A DNA stretch of 64,000 bases from a virus. The position numbers and the translations under genes were made by a program. This document shows, piece after piece, positions 28,330-36,879 of the stretch. Numbering within the stretch: the stretch's first letter is position 1; each line of letters begins with the position of its first letter. The stretch lies in IMG/VR virus record IMGVR_UViG_3300047489_000453, positions 64,001-128,000 of that record. The stretch is one strand, 5' to 3'. The notes beneath the pieces are model-generated. The model ran no database searches. It saw only the letters and a list, made by a program, of their open reading frames with translations, and was not told the DNA's origin.

Positions 28330-28659
28330 CTACTTCATGTTTAGTTTCATTATAGTTAGCCCTATGGCAACTATAAGGGAACCCAGTGTTACATATTTAT
28401 TAGCGTTTAGACCAAAAAACACAAGAGGGATTACATAATCTGTTAGTATAACCGCAAATTCCCAGCAAAGGCTAAAGAAAAATATCCTGTCAGTGGTCTG
28501 GCATATCCTTACTCCACTGACCCATAGAGATCCTATAAGGAAACTGCAGCACAAAGACATTGCATAATAATACTTGGACTCACGTATGCTATCTGTGTAA
28601 GAGAAAACTAAAGAGGTGCTATAAACTAGTACTACCATAAACAGAATTAGGTAAGCCAT
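28330..28659 (-). CDS. Small 4-TM membrane protein (SMR/DMT-like size)
   Basis: Four hydrophobic segments; GGAGG RBS. Confidence 0.55.
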   Translation of the reverse strand: MAYLILFMVVLVYSTSLVFSYTDSIRESKYYYAMSLCCSFLIGSLWVSGVRICQTTDRIFFFSLCWEFAVILTDYVIPLVFFGLNANKYVTLGSLIVAIGLTIMKLNMK

Positions 28660-28687
28660 AGGCCCTCCGTTGTAGTAGTGATTGATT

Positions 28688-28703
28688 GTGGAGACGTCTC
28701 CAC
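28688..28703. repeat. Perfect palindrome GTGGAGACGTCTCCAC
   Basis: Exact consensus; intergenic. Confidence 0.85.
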
Positions 28704-28734
28704 TTTTGATTGTACATTATTATTGGCAGCACCT

Positions 28735-28783
28735 GATAGCTAAAAAAATCACCTCCAATCCCCTAAGGGATGGAGGTGGTTTT
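28735..28783 (-). terminator. Terminator with TTTTTTTAGCTATC tail
   Basis: CACCTCCA/TGGAGGTG stem plus the conserved tail. Confidence 0.8.
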
Positions 28784-28785
28784 AT

Positions 28786-29154
28786 TTAGTTGGTATCGCC
28801 ATCGCGATACCATGTACCGCCCGTGAAGGGCAGCTGGACAAGGGTTACCTTGTCAGCGCCCTCACCAGATGTGGCTACTCTGGTGAATCCCACATTCGTG
28901 ACTGTCCAACTTCGTGAAAACACGAAGGCTTTAAGTCCTATCTTCTGTGGGAGAGACGCTTCTTGGTAACCTGCACATTTGTCAGCGGACGGTAGTCCGC
29001 TGTACTGTGACAGGTCGTAAGCGGAAACGCCAACCGCTATCAACAGACATGTAAACGCCGCCAACAGAAGTTTGTTAAATATATTAACAACCCCTGCTAT
29101 AAAAGCCATTACAGTCTCCACCATGGCATTTTCTCCTTTCATAAAAGAGGGCAT
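28786..29154 (-). CDS. Membrane-anchored hypothetical protein (cassette gene)
   Basis: Hydrophobic N-terminal part; AAGGAG RBS before MVET. Confidence 0.6.
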   Translation of the reverse strand: MPSFMKGENAMVETVMAFIAGVVNIFNKLLLAAFTCLLIAVGVSAYDLSQYSGLPSADKCAGYQEASLPQKIGLKAFVFSRSWTVTNVGFTRVATSGEGADKVTLVQLPFTGGTWYRDGDTN

Positions 29155-29218
29155 GCCTGCCCTATATGAGATTAAGAATCATTCACGTCTGAATGATTAA
29201 CCTATCCCTTCATATATC

Positions 29219-29244
29219 TATGACACATTTGTGCCTTGAATTAA
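29219..29244 (-). promoter_or_regulatory. Phage promoter motif TTAATT-N14-GTCATA
   Basis: Motif extends into GATATATGAAGGG, similar to the neighbouring copies. Confidence 0.75.
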
Positions 29245-29254
29245 GGGCATGGGT

Positions 29255-29297
29255 GATAGCTAAAAAAATAACCCAACCCACTATTCAGTGGGCTGGG
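29255..29297 (-). terminator. Terminator with TTTTTTTAGCTATC tail
   Basis: CCCAGCCCACT/AGTGGGTTGGG stem on the minus strand. Confidence 0.75.
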
Positions 29298-29418
29298 AGA
29301 TTTTTATTAGTGCCAGGGAAGATATCCCTAGCATAACCAGACCAACCAGTCTTTCGGTTGGGCTGGAGTTAAATCCAAAGCTAAGCATTAGACCCAGGGT
29401 AATCATGATTTCAAACAT
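29281..29418 (-). CDS. 45-aa hydrophobic microprotein (not in ORF track)
   Basis: AAGGAGG RBS; MFEIMITLGLMLSFGFNSSPTERLVGLVMLGISSLALIKISQPTE*. Confidence 0.5.
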   Translation of the reverse strand: MFEIMITLGLMLSFGFNSSPTERLVGLVMLGISSLALIKISQPTE

Positions 29419-29450
29419 GATTACCTCCTTTCTGTATGACCAAGTCCCCC

Positions 29451-29633
29451 TTAGGAGAAGGACTTGGCGGCCACAGCGTTAACTGGTAACGCTTTGTGGC
29501 CTGACGAGAAGATCTTTGACCTGGCAACAACGCCGGTCTTAGATTCTTCTCTAATGGACTCTTCTTTCGGATGAGCCCATACAATCCGTCTTGCTTTTGA
29601 CAGAAGCAAGAAAAACTGTGTGCTTGACTGCAT
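29451..29633 (-). CDS. Small hypothetical protein (cassette gene)
   Basis: AGGAGGT RBS. Confidence 0.6.
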   Translation of the reverse strand: MQSSTQFFLLLSKARRIVWAHPKEESIREESKTGVVARSKIFSSGHKALPVNAVAAKSFS

Positions 29634-29709
29634 GTTACCTCCTATAACACTATCAAGCTGGGATCAGGGCCACATCGCATGTGGCAGATAACCCGTCCCT
29701 TCATGTATA

Positions 29710-29735
29710 TATGACACGGTAACGGGTTGAATTAA
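29710..29735 (-). promoter_or_regulatory. Phage promoter motif TTAATT-N14-GTCATA
   Basis: Lies 10 nt downstream of the preceding terminator tail. Confidence 0.75.
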
Positions 29736-29745
29736 GTGGTCCAGT

Positions 29746-29784
29746 AATAGCTAAAAAAAAAGAACCCGGCCTTTCGGCCGGGTT
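29746..29784 (-). terminator. Terminator with T-run-AGCTATT tail
   Basis: AACCCGGCC-GAAA-GGCCGGGTT. Confidence 0.85.
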
Positions 29785-29790
29785 GACTAC

Positions 29791-30075
29791 TTAGTAGTCT
29801 GACGCCGGTGAGGCGTCATTCTTTTTATTTTTGGGCTTTCGCTTCTTCTTCAGAAGCTTAGCCCGCCGGATTAGGCGAGCAGCCCGCTTGGCTTCCCGCT
29901 CGTTGTCGAGACGGGTAATGGCAAGCAATACCTCCTGTTGGAGGGTTGCTTGCGCATGCCTCTTCTTCATTAAGTCGTCAAGGCGACGACTTAAGAAGAT
30001 TCGGCTATGCAGCTCGGCCGCCAAAAGGCCAAGCCCGAAACAAAGGATACATCCAATGATGTACTCCATGTCCAT
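29791..30075 (-). CDS. N-terminal TM, basic coiled-coil protein (cassette gene)
   Basis: AAGGAG RBS; TM segment then an R/K-rich tail. Confidence 0.6.
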   Translation of the reverse strand: MDMEYIIGCILCFGLGLLAAELHSRIFLSRRLDDLMKKRHAQATLQQEVLLAITRLDNEREAKRAARLIRRAKLLKKKRKPKNKKNDASPASDY

Positions 30076-30166
30076 TGTTATACTCCTTTCAGTATAACGA
30101 GGTCAGCGTCTGCTCAAACGAGCAGACTGTAAGCCGCCTCTAATGGTTATGTCTCTTTCATGTATA

Positions 30167-30192
30167 TATGACACGTTTATGGCCCGAATTAA
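30167..30192 (-). promoter_or_regulatory. Phage promoter motif TTAATT-N14-GTCATA
   Basis: Extended identity with the 29710 copy (CGTGTCATATATACATGAA). Confidence 0.75.
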
Positions 30193-30353
30193 GGCCTGGT
30201 AAGTGATGCCTAAAAACATCTAGATCAACGCCAGCGACAGACTGCACTAGCGTTGATCGGTAATCCCCACGCATTATGGCCGTCGCCATAATGCAATATG
30301 ATGGTCGCTCAATATTCGCTCGGGGCTTGCGAATAGCCAACATATCATTTAAT

Positions 30354-30379
30354 TATGACGCAATTATTGATTGGATTAA
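30354..30379 (-). promoter_or_regulatory. Phage promoter motif variant TTAATC-N14-GTCATA
   Basis: Same spacing, one mismatch. Confidence 0.55.
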
Positions 30380-30380
30380 G

Positions 30381-31005
30381 TTGTTCCATAAGCCTGTTGT
30401 TCCATGTCTTGTGAGTTGTGGAACGCGTGGAACGCGTGGAACGACTTTATGTAACTTGTTATGTTTAAAGCAGTTATATTAATACATGTTGTTCCAAGTT
30501 CAATAAAAGCTGTGGAACGCGTGGAACAATCGCATGTAACTTGTTATTCTTAAAGTACTTACATAAATATATGTTGTTCGATAAAACTCTTGTCACTTTC
30601 TTCACCCTAGGTGCTAGTAACTGATTAGAGTTCCCCTATAAGGGACCATCTAATCCCTAAGCTCCCGCTGGCCCTACTAAGGATTGTGATTAAGGTACTT
30701 CTTGACCCATAGGTTCCTATGGTCCTGAAGGTCCTTGATAACATTCTCGTGGTTTATCCTGTATTGGAGACCATGGTAATCGAGAAGCTCGTTTACCTTA
30801 TTGGTATCCTCTAGGTCCCATGAGGTCCTTAGGGCCTGACTAGCTAACCAAGAGCTAACTATGGGCTTTCCTAGCTTATGGCTATTAGGCCTGTCGTATG
30901 CTCTTATGAGAGATTCGGATAAATTATTAAATTTAAAAGACTTATGCTTATATAGTCTGTTCCATAAACCCGCTGTTCCAAGTTCGATAAAAGTTGTGGA
31001 ACGTT
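30381..31005. repeat. Origin-like region: ~85-92-bp imperfect tandem repeats with GTTCCA/TGGAAC iterons and TAA(C/G)T-N15-A(C/G)TTA sites
   Basis: Units start at 30395, 30487 and 30572 (partial); related copy at 30958-31002; GTGGAACGC tandem 9-mers. Confidence 0.6.
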
Positions 31006-31041
31006 TTAGATTTATGACACGTTGAAACAAAATGATTTAAA

Positions 31042-31419
31042 CTAAGACATGCCGCCAGTGTCTTCTCTGAGGATATCCTCTTCGGAAACATTGACGGAGT
31101 AGATCTCTATGGCCTCGGTGTCTTCCATGGCATGAAACTTATGGTTAACGCCTGGCATTACTTTGATAGAGTCGTTGGGTCCAAGGTATAGAATTGAGTA
31201 AGGAGTTTTATCTCCCTCTTTAAATAGCTCGACGGCCAACTTACCCGATATGATGTAAAACTGGTTCCACTTATGAGTATGCCTGTGATTTGAGCAGAAC
31301 CCGCCTTTCTTTATGGTTATATGGCAAGCCTGGAATACGTTGTCTATGTGCATGATATAATTCATGCCCCATAGCTTTTCTTCCTGCCTAATTTTTATTA
31401 TCTGTATGTTCTTGTCCAT
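31042..31419 (-). CDS. Cupin-domain protein
   Basis: KLWG, CSNHRH..KWN.F, PGVNHKF, EIY. Confidence 0.8.
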   Translation of the reverse strand: MDKNIQIIKIRQEEKLWGMNYIMHIDNVFQACHITIKKGGFCSNHRHTHKWNQFYIISGKLAVELFKEGDKTPYSILYLGPNDSIKVMPGVNHKFHAMEDTEAIEIYSVNVSEEDILREDTGGMS

Positions 31420-31465
31420 ATTGCACCTAGGCCTGGCTACAACTTAATTATATCTTATTTTATCA

Positions 31466-32506
31466 TCATCCTTCTATAAGTCTTTTCCATTGTGAAAGAA
31501 ACTGGCTTCGGGCAGCCCTTCTACCTGACGCTGTATTTTTACTTATCGACAACAGGCCGTCTTTAATAGCGTTTACAACTACCTCTATGAATGCCTCTGG
31601 ATTAGGTTCTGCATACATTACGCCGCCCTTTGAGCCGCCACAATTACAGGGCACTAGTCTTCCGTTAACACCGTCTGTAATTATGTTTGATATAGGCGGC
31701 ACATCGTAGGCTATAACCGGCGTACCCATATAAAGAGACTCTATGCCAACCAAGCCGAATCCTTCTATTTCAGCTGGCCACAATACAAGATCATGCTTGC
31801 TGTAAAGAATAAGTGAGCTGGTACAAGTTGTTTCATCAATAACCAACTTAATAGACTTATGTTTTGTAATAAATTTAGCTAAGGATTTCTTACAAGACCA
31901 AGGCATACTCTTGGGGCTGTGCGATATAGTTATAACCACGTTTGGAAGCTTAGCCTGAATACCTGTCAGTATTTCATAAAGTGAATCCAGGTCACATCTT
32001 AGGCCTTGGCTTGAATGCAACGGAACTAGTATTCTAGGGGCATCCAAGTTTATATCAGATGCTTCTTTTTTAGTTATTGGAATAGGGCTGTCCCACTGAA
32101 TAGTGGAGGCGTCTCTAATATTTACTTCCTTCTGCAGAGTATTAGTATTATCAAGGCAAGGCGACACGACATGGGCACATATCTTAAATGACGACCTTAT
32201 ATAACCTGGCAGGCAGTCCCATGGCGCCAAGGCTATTGTTACTATTGATTTGCCTACTTTTTGAACAACTTCTCTACTAGGTGGTACAGGCCATATGATA
32301 TGGCTTATATCGCTGAGCCATTCCTCGTATGACATGTCTTTTGGAGTTTTTACTATGCTATCCCAGTTACAGCCGTAATGGTGCTTGGGAATCTTATTGC
32401 TGAATAGAGTTGTTTCGTATCCTATTATTTTAAACGAATCTGCTAATCTCAAGGCCGCGTATACGGCATCGTGTGGTTTATACTGGACATCGAAGCCTAT
32501 TTTCAT
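31466..32506 (-). CDS. Glycosyltransferase family 4
   Basis: EGFGLVGIESL..GTPVIAYD.....I.DGVNG.LV. Confidence 0.85.
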   Translation of the reverse strand: MKIGFDVQYKPHDAVYAALRLADSFKIIGYETTLFSNKIPKHHYGCNWDSIVKTPKDMSYEEWLSDISHIIWPVPPSREVVQKVGKSIVTIALAPWDCLPGYIRSSFKICAHVVSPCLDNTNTLQKEVNIRDASTIQWDSPIPITKKEASDINLDAPRILVPLHSSQGLRCDLDSLYEILTGIQAKLPNVVITISHSPKSMPWSCKKSLAKFITKHKSIKLVIDETTCTSSLILYSKHDLVLWPAEIEGFGLVGIESLYMGTPVIAYDVPPISNIITDGVNGRLVPCNCGGSKGGVMYAEPNPEAFIEVVVNAIKDGLLSISKNTASGRRAARSQFLSQWKRLIEG

Positions 32507-32508
32507 AA

Positions 32509-33132
32509 TTAGTTATGCGTAAATAAGTACCCATCAACCTTACTGGGCTTGAATGATGGATTCTCTTTAAGTTTGTTAACATACTCCCAGTCCGCTGCAA
32601 AGCTGTCACTGTTCCATTTAGAGCTTCCTACTAAGTCAGTATGAGCTATCCAGCCTCCTGCGTCTATAGCTCCTCTTTTAAGTTCTGTCTTTAGTGGTTT
32701 CCATAACTTATGGCTATGAACCATGTTACAGTATGCAAAGTTTGCTTTGTTATCCAGGGCGGTGCTTACCATCCACTCTAGATACACAGGAGCGTACCAG
32801 CAGTCAGCATTCATAGTTCCTATCCAGTTACAGCCAAGCCCCTTGCATATATCAAAGCCGGCCTGGCGCATATTGTGTCCAAACTTATTGGCTCTGGTAT
32901 CAGTGCTGTATTTAATAAACCTCTTATCCTTACCTATGGCAGAGACGCAGGCTTCCTCTGCTTCAGGAGTCCATGGGCCATCATGCATAATACATGCTGT
33001 GAAATTTCCGAATGTTTGGCATTTTAGGGCGTATATAAGAGATGATAGGCAATTTGTTTGATTGTAGGTTACTACAGCGAGTCCTACCTCGTTTGAGGTA
33101 GGTATCTTTCTACGCTTCCAGTATCTCATCAC
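32509..33132 (-). CDS. Glycosyltransferase family 2
   Basis: VVTYNQ, IMHDG, FGH..R..G, NADC, ADW. Confidence 0.8.
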   Translation of the reverse strand: MMRYWKRRKIPTSNEVGLAVVTYNQTNCLSSLIYALKCQTFGNFTACIMHDGPWTPEAEEACVSAIGKDKRFIKYSTDTRANKFGHNMRQAGFDICKGLGCNWIGTMNADCWYAPVYLEWMVSTALDNKANFAYCNMVHSHKLWKPLKTELKRGAIDAGGWIAHTDLVGSSKWNSDSFAADWEYVNKLKENPSFKPSKVDGYLFTHN

Positions 33133-33983
33133 TTTATCCTTAAAGAGCCTTTACCGGCGTTCCTTCCTGACGGGTGTCTAGTAACGCCTCTGTAGTGAAA
33201 AACAAAGCTTGAACAGGCTATTGAGTTTGATATGCCTAGTTTTTTCCAACGACCCATAAGTTCGTCTTCGTTTTTTACCATTTTATATTTTGGATTAAAG
33301 AATTGGCCTTCAGACAAATTATAGGCGCCAGCTTTCCATGTCTCTGCCTTGGATGCCAGACAAAAGCCATTTAGCGGGCCCTTTTCTATAATTCCTTTGC
33401 ACGAATCATATAGCCGGGTAGATACGCCGGCTATATATTCGTCAGAATCATTTACAGCATAGTCACTTATAAACCTTTTGACGTGCTGCCTAGGCCTGTG
33501 GCCCGGTGCATTCGTCATCGGCCCCACCACGCCTGCGCCTGCGCCTAGAGACTCTACGATTCCCTGACTCCACAGGCGGGGGAACTTCAGATCGGAGTTC
33601 CCCGCTATTATCACTTGGGCATGGTGCTCCAAGGCCAGGCTGATTCCCTTGTTCCATGACCGTGTCAAATTCTTGTCGTTCCGGGGGAATCTGAACGTCT
33701 GCAGTCGCGTCTTGGGATACTTCGACCACATTTCCGGGTTCCACTGCGGGCTCCCGTCGTCCACAAGAATCACTATCCCGTTCGCAGTGTTCGCCAGGAA
33801 GCTTTCCACAGCTATTTTCGCATAATCGAACTGGTTGTACGTCGGAATTACCACAGCTATTGTAGGCTGGGGCGTCTTGAAATGAGCCTCCAGCAGGTAC
33901 GCTGGCCTCCTTGCTCGTACAAGCCGGAGCAGCTTCTTCTGTTCCTTCGACCCCTTGCGGTCCTGTAGGCCCGGTACATCCAA
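33129..33983 (-). CDS. Glycosyltransferase family 2 (start uncertain; overlaps the upstream gene)
   Basis: VVIPTYN, ILVDDGS, SWNKGI, NSD, GFCL, ED, FVFHY. Confidence 0.8.
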   Translation of the reverse strand: MDVPGLQDRKGSKEQKKLLRLVRARRPAYLLEAHFKTPQPTIAVVIPTYNQFDYAKIAVESFLANTANGIVILVDDGSPQWNPEMWSKYPKTRLQTFRFPRNDKNLTRSWNKGISLALEHHAQVIIAGNSDLKFPRLWSQGIVESLGAGAGVVGPMTNAPGHRPRQHVKRFISDYAVNDSDEYIAGVSTRLYDSCKGIIEKGPLNGFCLASKAETWKAGAYNLSEGQFFNPKYKMVKNEDELMGRWKKLGISNSIACSSFVFHYRGVTRHPSGRNAGKGSLRIK

Positions 33984-34737
33984 TAGCTCCTTCAGGCAAA
34001 AATGACTTCTCTGGGAAAAATTCTTTAGGCTCAGGCTCCCCGTAGCAGGGGCTAACTTGAGACATCAAGAGATTTCCAAATCCTTTTAAAGTATTAGGAG
34101 TAAGCTGGGCAGTACACCTCATACGAAGAACTTTTATCTGTAGAGGACCCTGGCCATAAGGGTTCTTATCAAAAGTGTCTACTGGATCAAGTTCGGTAAG
34201 AGTGATGCCGTGCTTCTTAAGAACGTCTGTACACTTTAGCAAAAAGGCACAGCCTTTATCAAAAATGCCGGGGTAGCAGTCATCTAATAAGATATGGGTG
34301 TTTGCACCGCATACATGTAGAACGCCTTCGAGGTCGCTGGTAATAGTTTCAAGGCTATGCCCTCCATCAACAAAAACTACGTTTGCTGTAGGAATGCCGG
34401 TAACGGCTTGCTCCAAAGTTACTCTGGTGTCGCCTTTTACCAGTTGCACCTTGCTGGCACCTGCGGCTATAAGCTTTTGCCTAATCTCTTCTCTGTTCAT
34501 GGCCAAGGCAGGTTTGCCGAATTCGTTTGCATTTACCTCTACGGTCATGTCTTCAAACAGATCAAACCCGTAGTATTCAATGTTGGTTCTTCCAACTTTC
34601 TTGGCAAACTTAATCATGGCAGTTGCCCTTACGCCATGATGTACGCCAATCTCTACAATTCGGAAGGGCTTGTTCTTTTTGCTATCGTTAGCTGTGCTAG
34701 AAATAGCTTCATTTAAATTATCGTACCTACTAGCCAT
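33490..34737 (-). CDS. Class I SAM methyltransferase with a long disordered C-terminal extension
   Basis: IVEIGVHHG, YGFDLFE, VFVDGGHS, LLDD; the tail is encoded over the GT2 gene. Confidence 0.75.
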   Translation of the reverse strand: MASRYDNLNEAISSTANDSKKNKPFRIVEIGVHHGVRATAMIKFAKKVGRTNIEYYGFDLFEDMTVEVNANEFGKPALAMNREEIRQKLIAAGASKVQLVKGDTRVTLEQAVTGIPTANVVFVDGGHSLETITSDLEGVLHVCGANTHILLDDCYPGIFDKGCAFLLKCTDVLKKHGITLTELDPVDTFDKNPYGQGPLQIKVLRMRCTAQLTPNTLKGFGNLLMSQVSPCYGEPEPKEFFPEKSFLPEGAIGCTGPTGPQGVEGTEEAAPACTSKEASVPAGGSFQDAPAYNSCGNSDVQPVRLCENSCGKLPGEHCERDSDSCGRREPAVEPGNVVEVSQDATADVQIPPERQEFDTVMEQGNQPGLGAPCPSDNSGELRSEVPPPVESGNRRVSRRRRRRGGADDECTGPQA

Positions 34738-34746
34738 AATTAACTC

Positions 34747-35463
34747 CTACAAGGGTTTATCAGTTTTGCTTCTAGTGTACCCAGAAGTATCCTTAGGTTC
34801 TGGTAACTTATCAAGTCCTAATTCAGTTCTGAGCTTTACGTAGTCAGAGTCGTGGACCTTACCGCCGCAACCCAATAGCGGTGATAATGATAATACCGGA
34901 ATTTTAGCCTTTTCTCGAGCTAATTTTCTAGCAACATAGGTCCATTCTCTGTATTCAGCATAAACATCAGCTGGATCAAGACCGTGAAATCTCACATGTT
35001 GGTTGTGAGAATGGTGGTCTCCGCCTAGGCCTGACATGTCAACTCCGATTAGAAATATAGCTCTGGCTCCCATTCTGCAGGCCATATCTATGGCGGTCTG
35101 CTGAACTCCTCTGCCTATGAATAAAGTATTTTTGTCTTTTCCCAAAAACCCAGACCATTCAGGGTTAGTTTTAAAAACGTATCTGTTAGGGTCGTCAAAG
35201 GGTAGATTTGTAGGTGGTTTTTGTTTTACTATCCATTGGGTTTCTACGTCAGGATTTGACTTAACTACTTCTCTATATTCAACTTCCAGCTCAGGGTGAA
35301 CTGTTATTGAATAAGTAACTTTAAAGTTCTTATAAGCTTGATTGAGGCCTATAGATACTCTTCCACCCAAAAGGTCTTTGGGTATAAGCCTGGCTGTTGG
35401 GCCTGTTCCGACTATATAGATATCTGCGCCTCTATGTTTTCCGTAGAGTTTATCTATTAGCAT
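34747..35463 (-). CDS. MAF_flag10/MptE-like (glycosyltransferase-related) domain protein
   Basis: IYIVGTGPT, IGLN, A..MGA..IFLIGVDM. Confidence 0.65.
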   Translation of the reverse strand: MLIDKLYGKHRGADIYIVGTGPTARLIPKDLLGGRVSIGLNQAYKNFKVTYSITVHPELEVEYREVVKSNPDVETQWIVKQKPPTNLPFDDPNRYVFKTNPEWSGFLGKDKNTLFIGRGVQQTAIDMACRMGARAIFLIGVDMSGLGGDHHSHNQHVRFHGLDPADVYAEYREWTYVARKLAREKAKIPVLSLSPLLGCGGKVHDSDYVKLRTELGLDKLPEPKDTSGYTRSKTDKPL

Positions 35464-36215
35464 TTGAACTTTTCCAAGTACTTTTTGTAATGTGGATGAA
35501 GCCCCTGTGTTAGTCTTTTATCAAGTTTAGGCTTGCTCCAAAGGTCTAACGCAAAATTAAAATCAGCCTTTGAAACCGCTCCAGCAGTTATAGCTTTGAG
35601 AAGTTCGGATTCCCATAAATGAGCCAGAGGATGATTGGGCTTATACCAAGGCTGCTCAGGTTCCTTTGTATAGTGCAGAAGCCTGGTTGTCATCTCTTCG
35701 TATACGTTAAAGTGATTCCAAAATGTAGGTATCTGCAATGGTTTCTTATCCATGAAAGTAAGGTGCATAAAGTTTGCGTAGTTATAGCCCCTTCGTAGCA
35801 TGTCCCATAGATCTACAGGATTCCACCCTACCCTGGCGCAGTCTATAACCATTACAGAAGTCTGAGGCCACGGGTTTTTATTAAACTTATCTGGTTGATA
35901 AGTACAGGCAACAGACTTGTCGCCCATGCTGTTTTTATAATTAAATAGTTCTGCTATGTCGCCAAACACGAGCTGGTCGGCGTCTAAATAGATGGCGTGC
36001 CCTTCATAGTTACAGGCATGAGGAATCATAAACCTTCTGAGGCTAAACCCTGTACCCTGGTGAAGCCCTGATGGAACTTCCCAGTTAGCTCCTATCATTG
36101 GAGTTATTTTAATCTCACGTGAAGTATGCCTCTTTATAGAGTGAGCTAAAACGTCCATTGGCACTTTGGTTTTAATTTCTGTGCCGACGAATATTCTTAT
36201 AGGGCCTTCAGACAT
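35457..36215 (-). CDS. Glycosyltransferase (GT8-like)
   Basis: IFVG, T.FS..RFMIP, IYLDAD, SVMVIDC, WN, LHYT....PW. Confidence 0.8.
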   Translation of the reverse strand: MSEGPIRIFVGTEIKTKVPMDVLAHSIKRHTSREIKITPMIGANWEVPSGLHQGTGFSLRRFMIPHACNYEGHAIYLDADQLVFGDIAELFNYKNSMGDKSVACTYQPDKFNKNPWPQTSVMVIDCARVGWNPVDLWDMLRRGYNYANFMHLTFMDKKPLQIPTFWNHFNVYEEMTTRLLHYTKEPEQPWYKPNHPLAHLWESELLKAITAGAVSKADFNFALDLWSKPKLDKRLTQGLHPHYKKYLEKFKC

Positions 36216-36267
36216 AACGTTCTCCTTTAATATTGCGCTACTATAGCGATATCCTTTTTAAATTTCA

Positions 36268-36879
36268 CTACTGATTTTGAAAAATGGGGGCTATATCAGT
36301 GCCATACTGTTTCTTGGTAAGCTTGAACTCCGAGAACTGGCCGTCAAATGAACTTCGGCCATTTGCTAGTAAATCCTCTTTGTTAAAGTGCTTGCTATAG
36401 GTTGATCCGCCGTCTATGCCTATTGTGTATATCTTTTTAATGCCGGCTATGGCTAACAAGTTCATTACGGCAACAGAGCCAAATAGCCTTACTCTTACTG
36501 TAGGACCCATTGTTTTAAGGCTTTTTTTATTAGTCCTGCTGCTGTTGTAGTAGAGTACGTTATCGAACTTTAATCCGCCCTGCATCATAATATCCACCAA
36601 GGATTTACCCCCTGGTTTAAAATTTATATGCGGTTCCCACGGGCTTACCAGATATTTACACTTAAAGTCACTTGCCTCGGTGTGAACATCAAGGTCTATG
36701 GCGTGACCCAAAAGACATGGTATTTCAAACATCACGTGGTTTAGAGCTACAACATTATATTCATTAAGATTCAGCTCTTTTATTCTTTCAAACGAAGGTC
36801 CTTTTCCTGCCACCAGCCACGGCTTGTCAGACGCATAAGACCTTATCCAGTGAAAGAATGGAGATAATTTGAATCTCAT
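36268..36879 (-). CDS. MAF_flag10-like domain protein
   Basis: VAGKGPSF, VALN, G.K.IYTIGIDG. Confidence 0.55.
   Translation of the reverse strand: MRFKLSPFFHWIRSYASDKPWLVAGKGPSFERIKELNLNEYNVVALNHVMFEIPCLLGHAIDLDVHTEASDFKCKYLVSPWEPHINFKPGGKSLVDIMMQGGLKFDNVLYYNSSRTNKKSLKTMGPTVRVRLFGSVAVMNLLAIAGIKKIYTIGIDGGSTYSKHFNKEDLLANGRSSFDGQFSEFKLTKKQYGTDIAPIFQNQ

Noticed and set aside
30395-30590. Possible CRISPR array in the tandem repeats
   Set aside because: Units are ~90 bp and similar throughout, with no unique spacers and no cas genes.
30677-31030. 117-aa ORF as a confident gene
   Set aside because: TTG start without a clear RBS, and its 5' part overlaps the iteron repeats and a promoter motif; left uncalled.
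34012-34022. -1 slippery site (T TTC CCA) joining the MTase to GT2
   Set aside because: GT2 is in the +1 frame, so a -1 shift would not fuse them.
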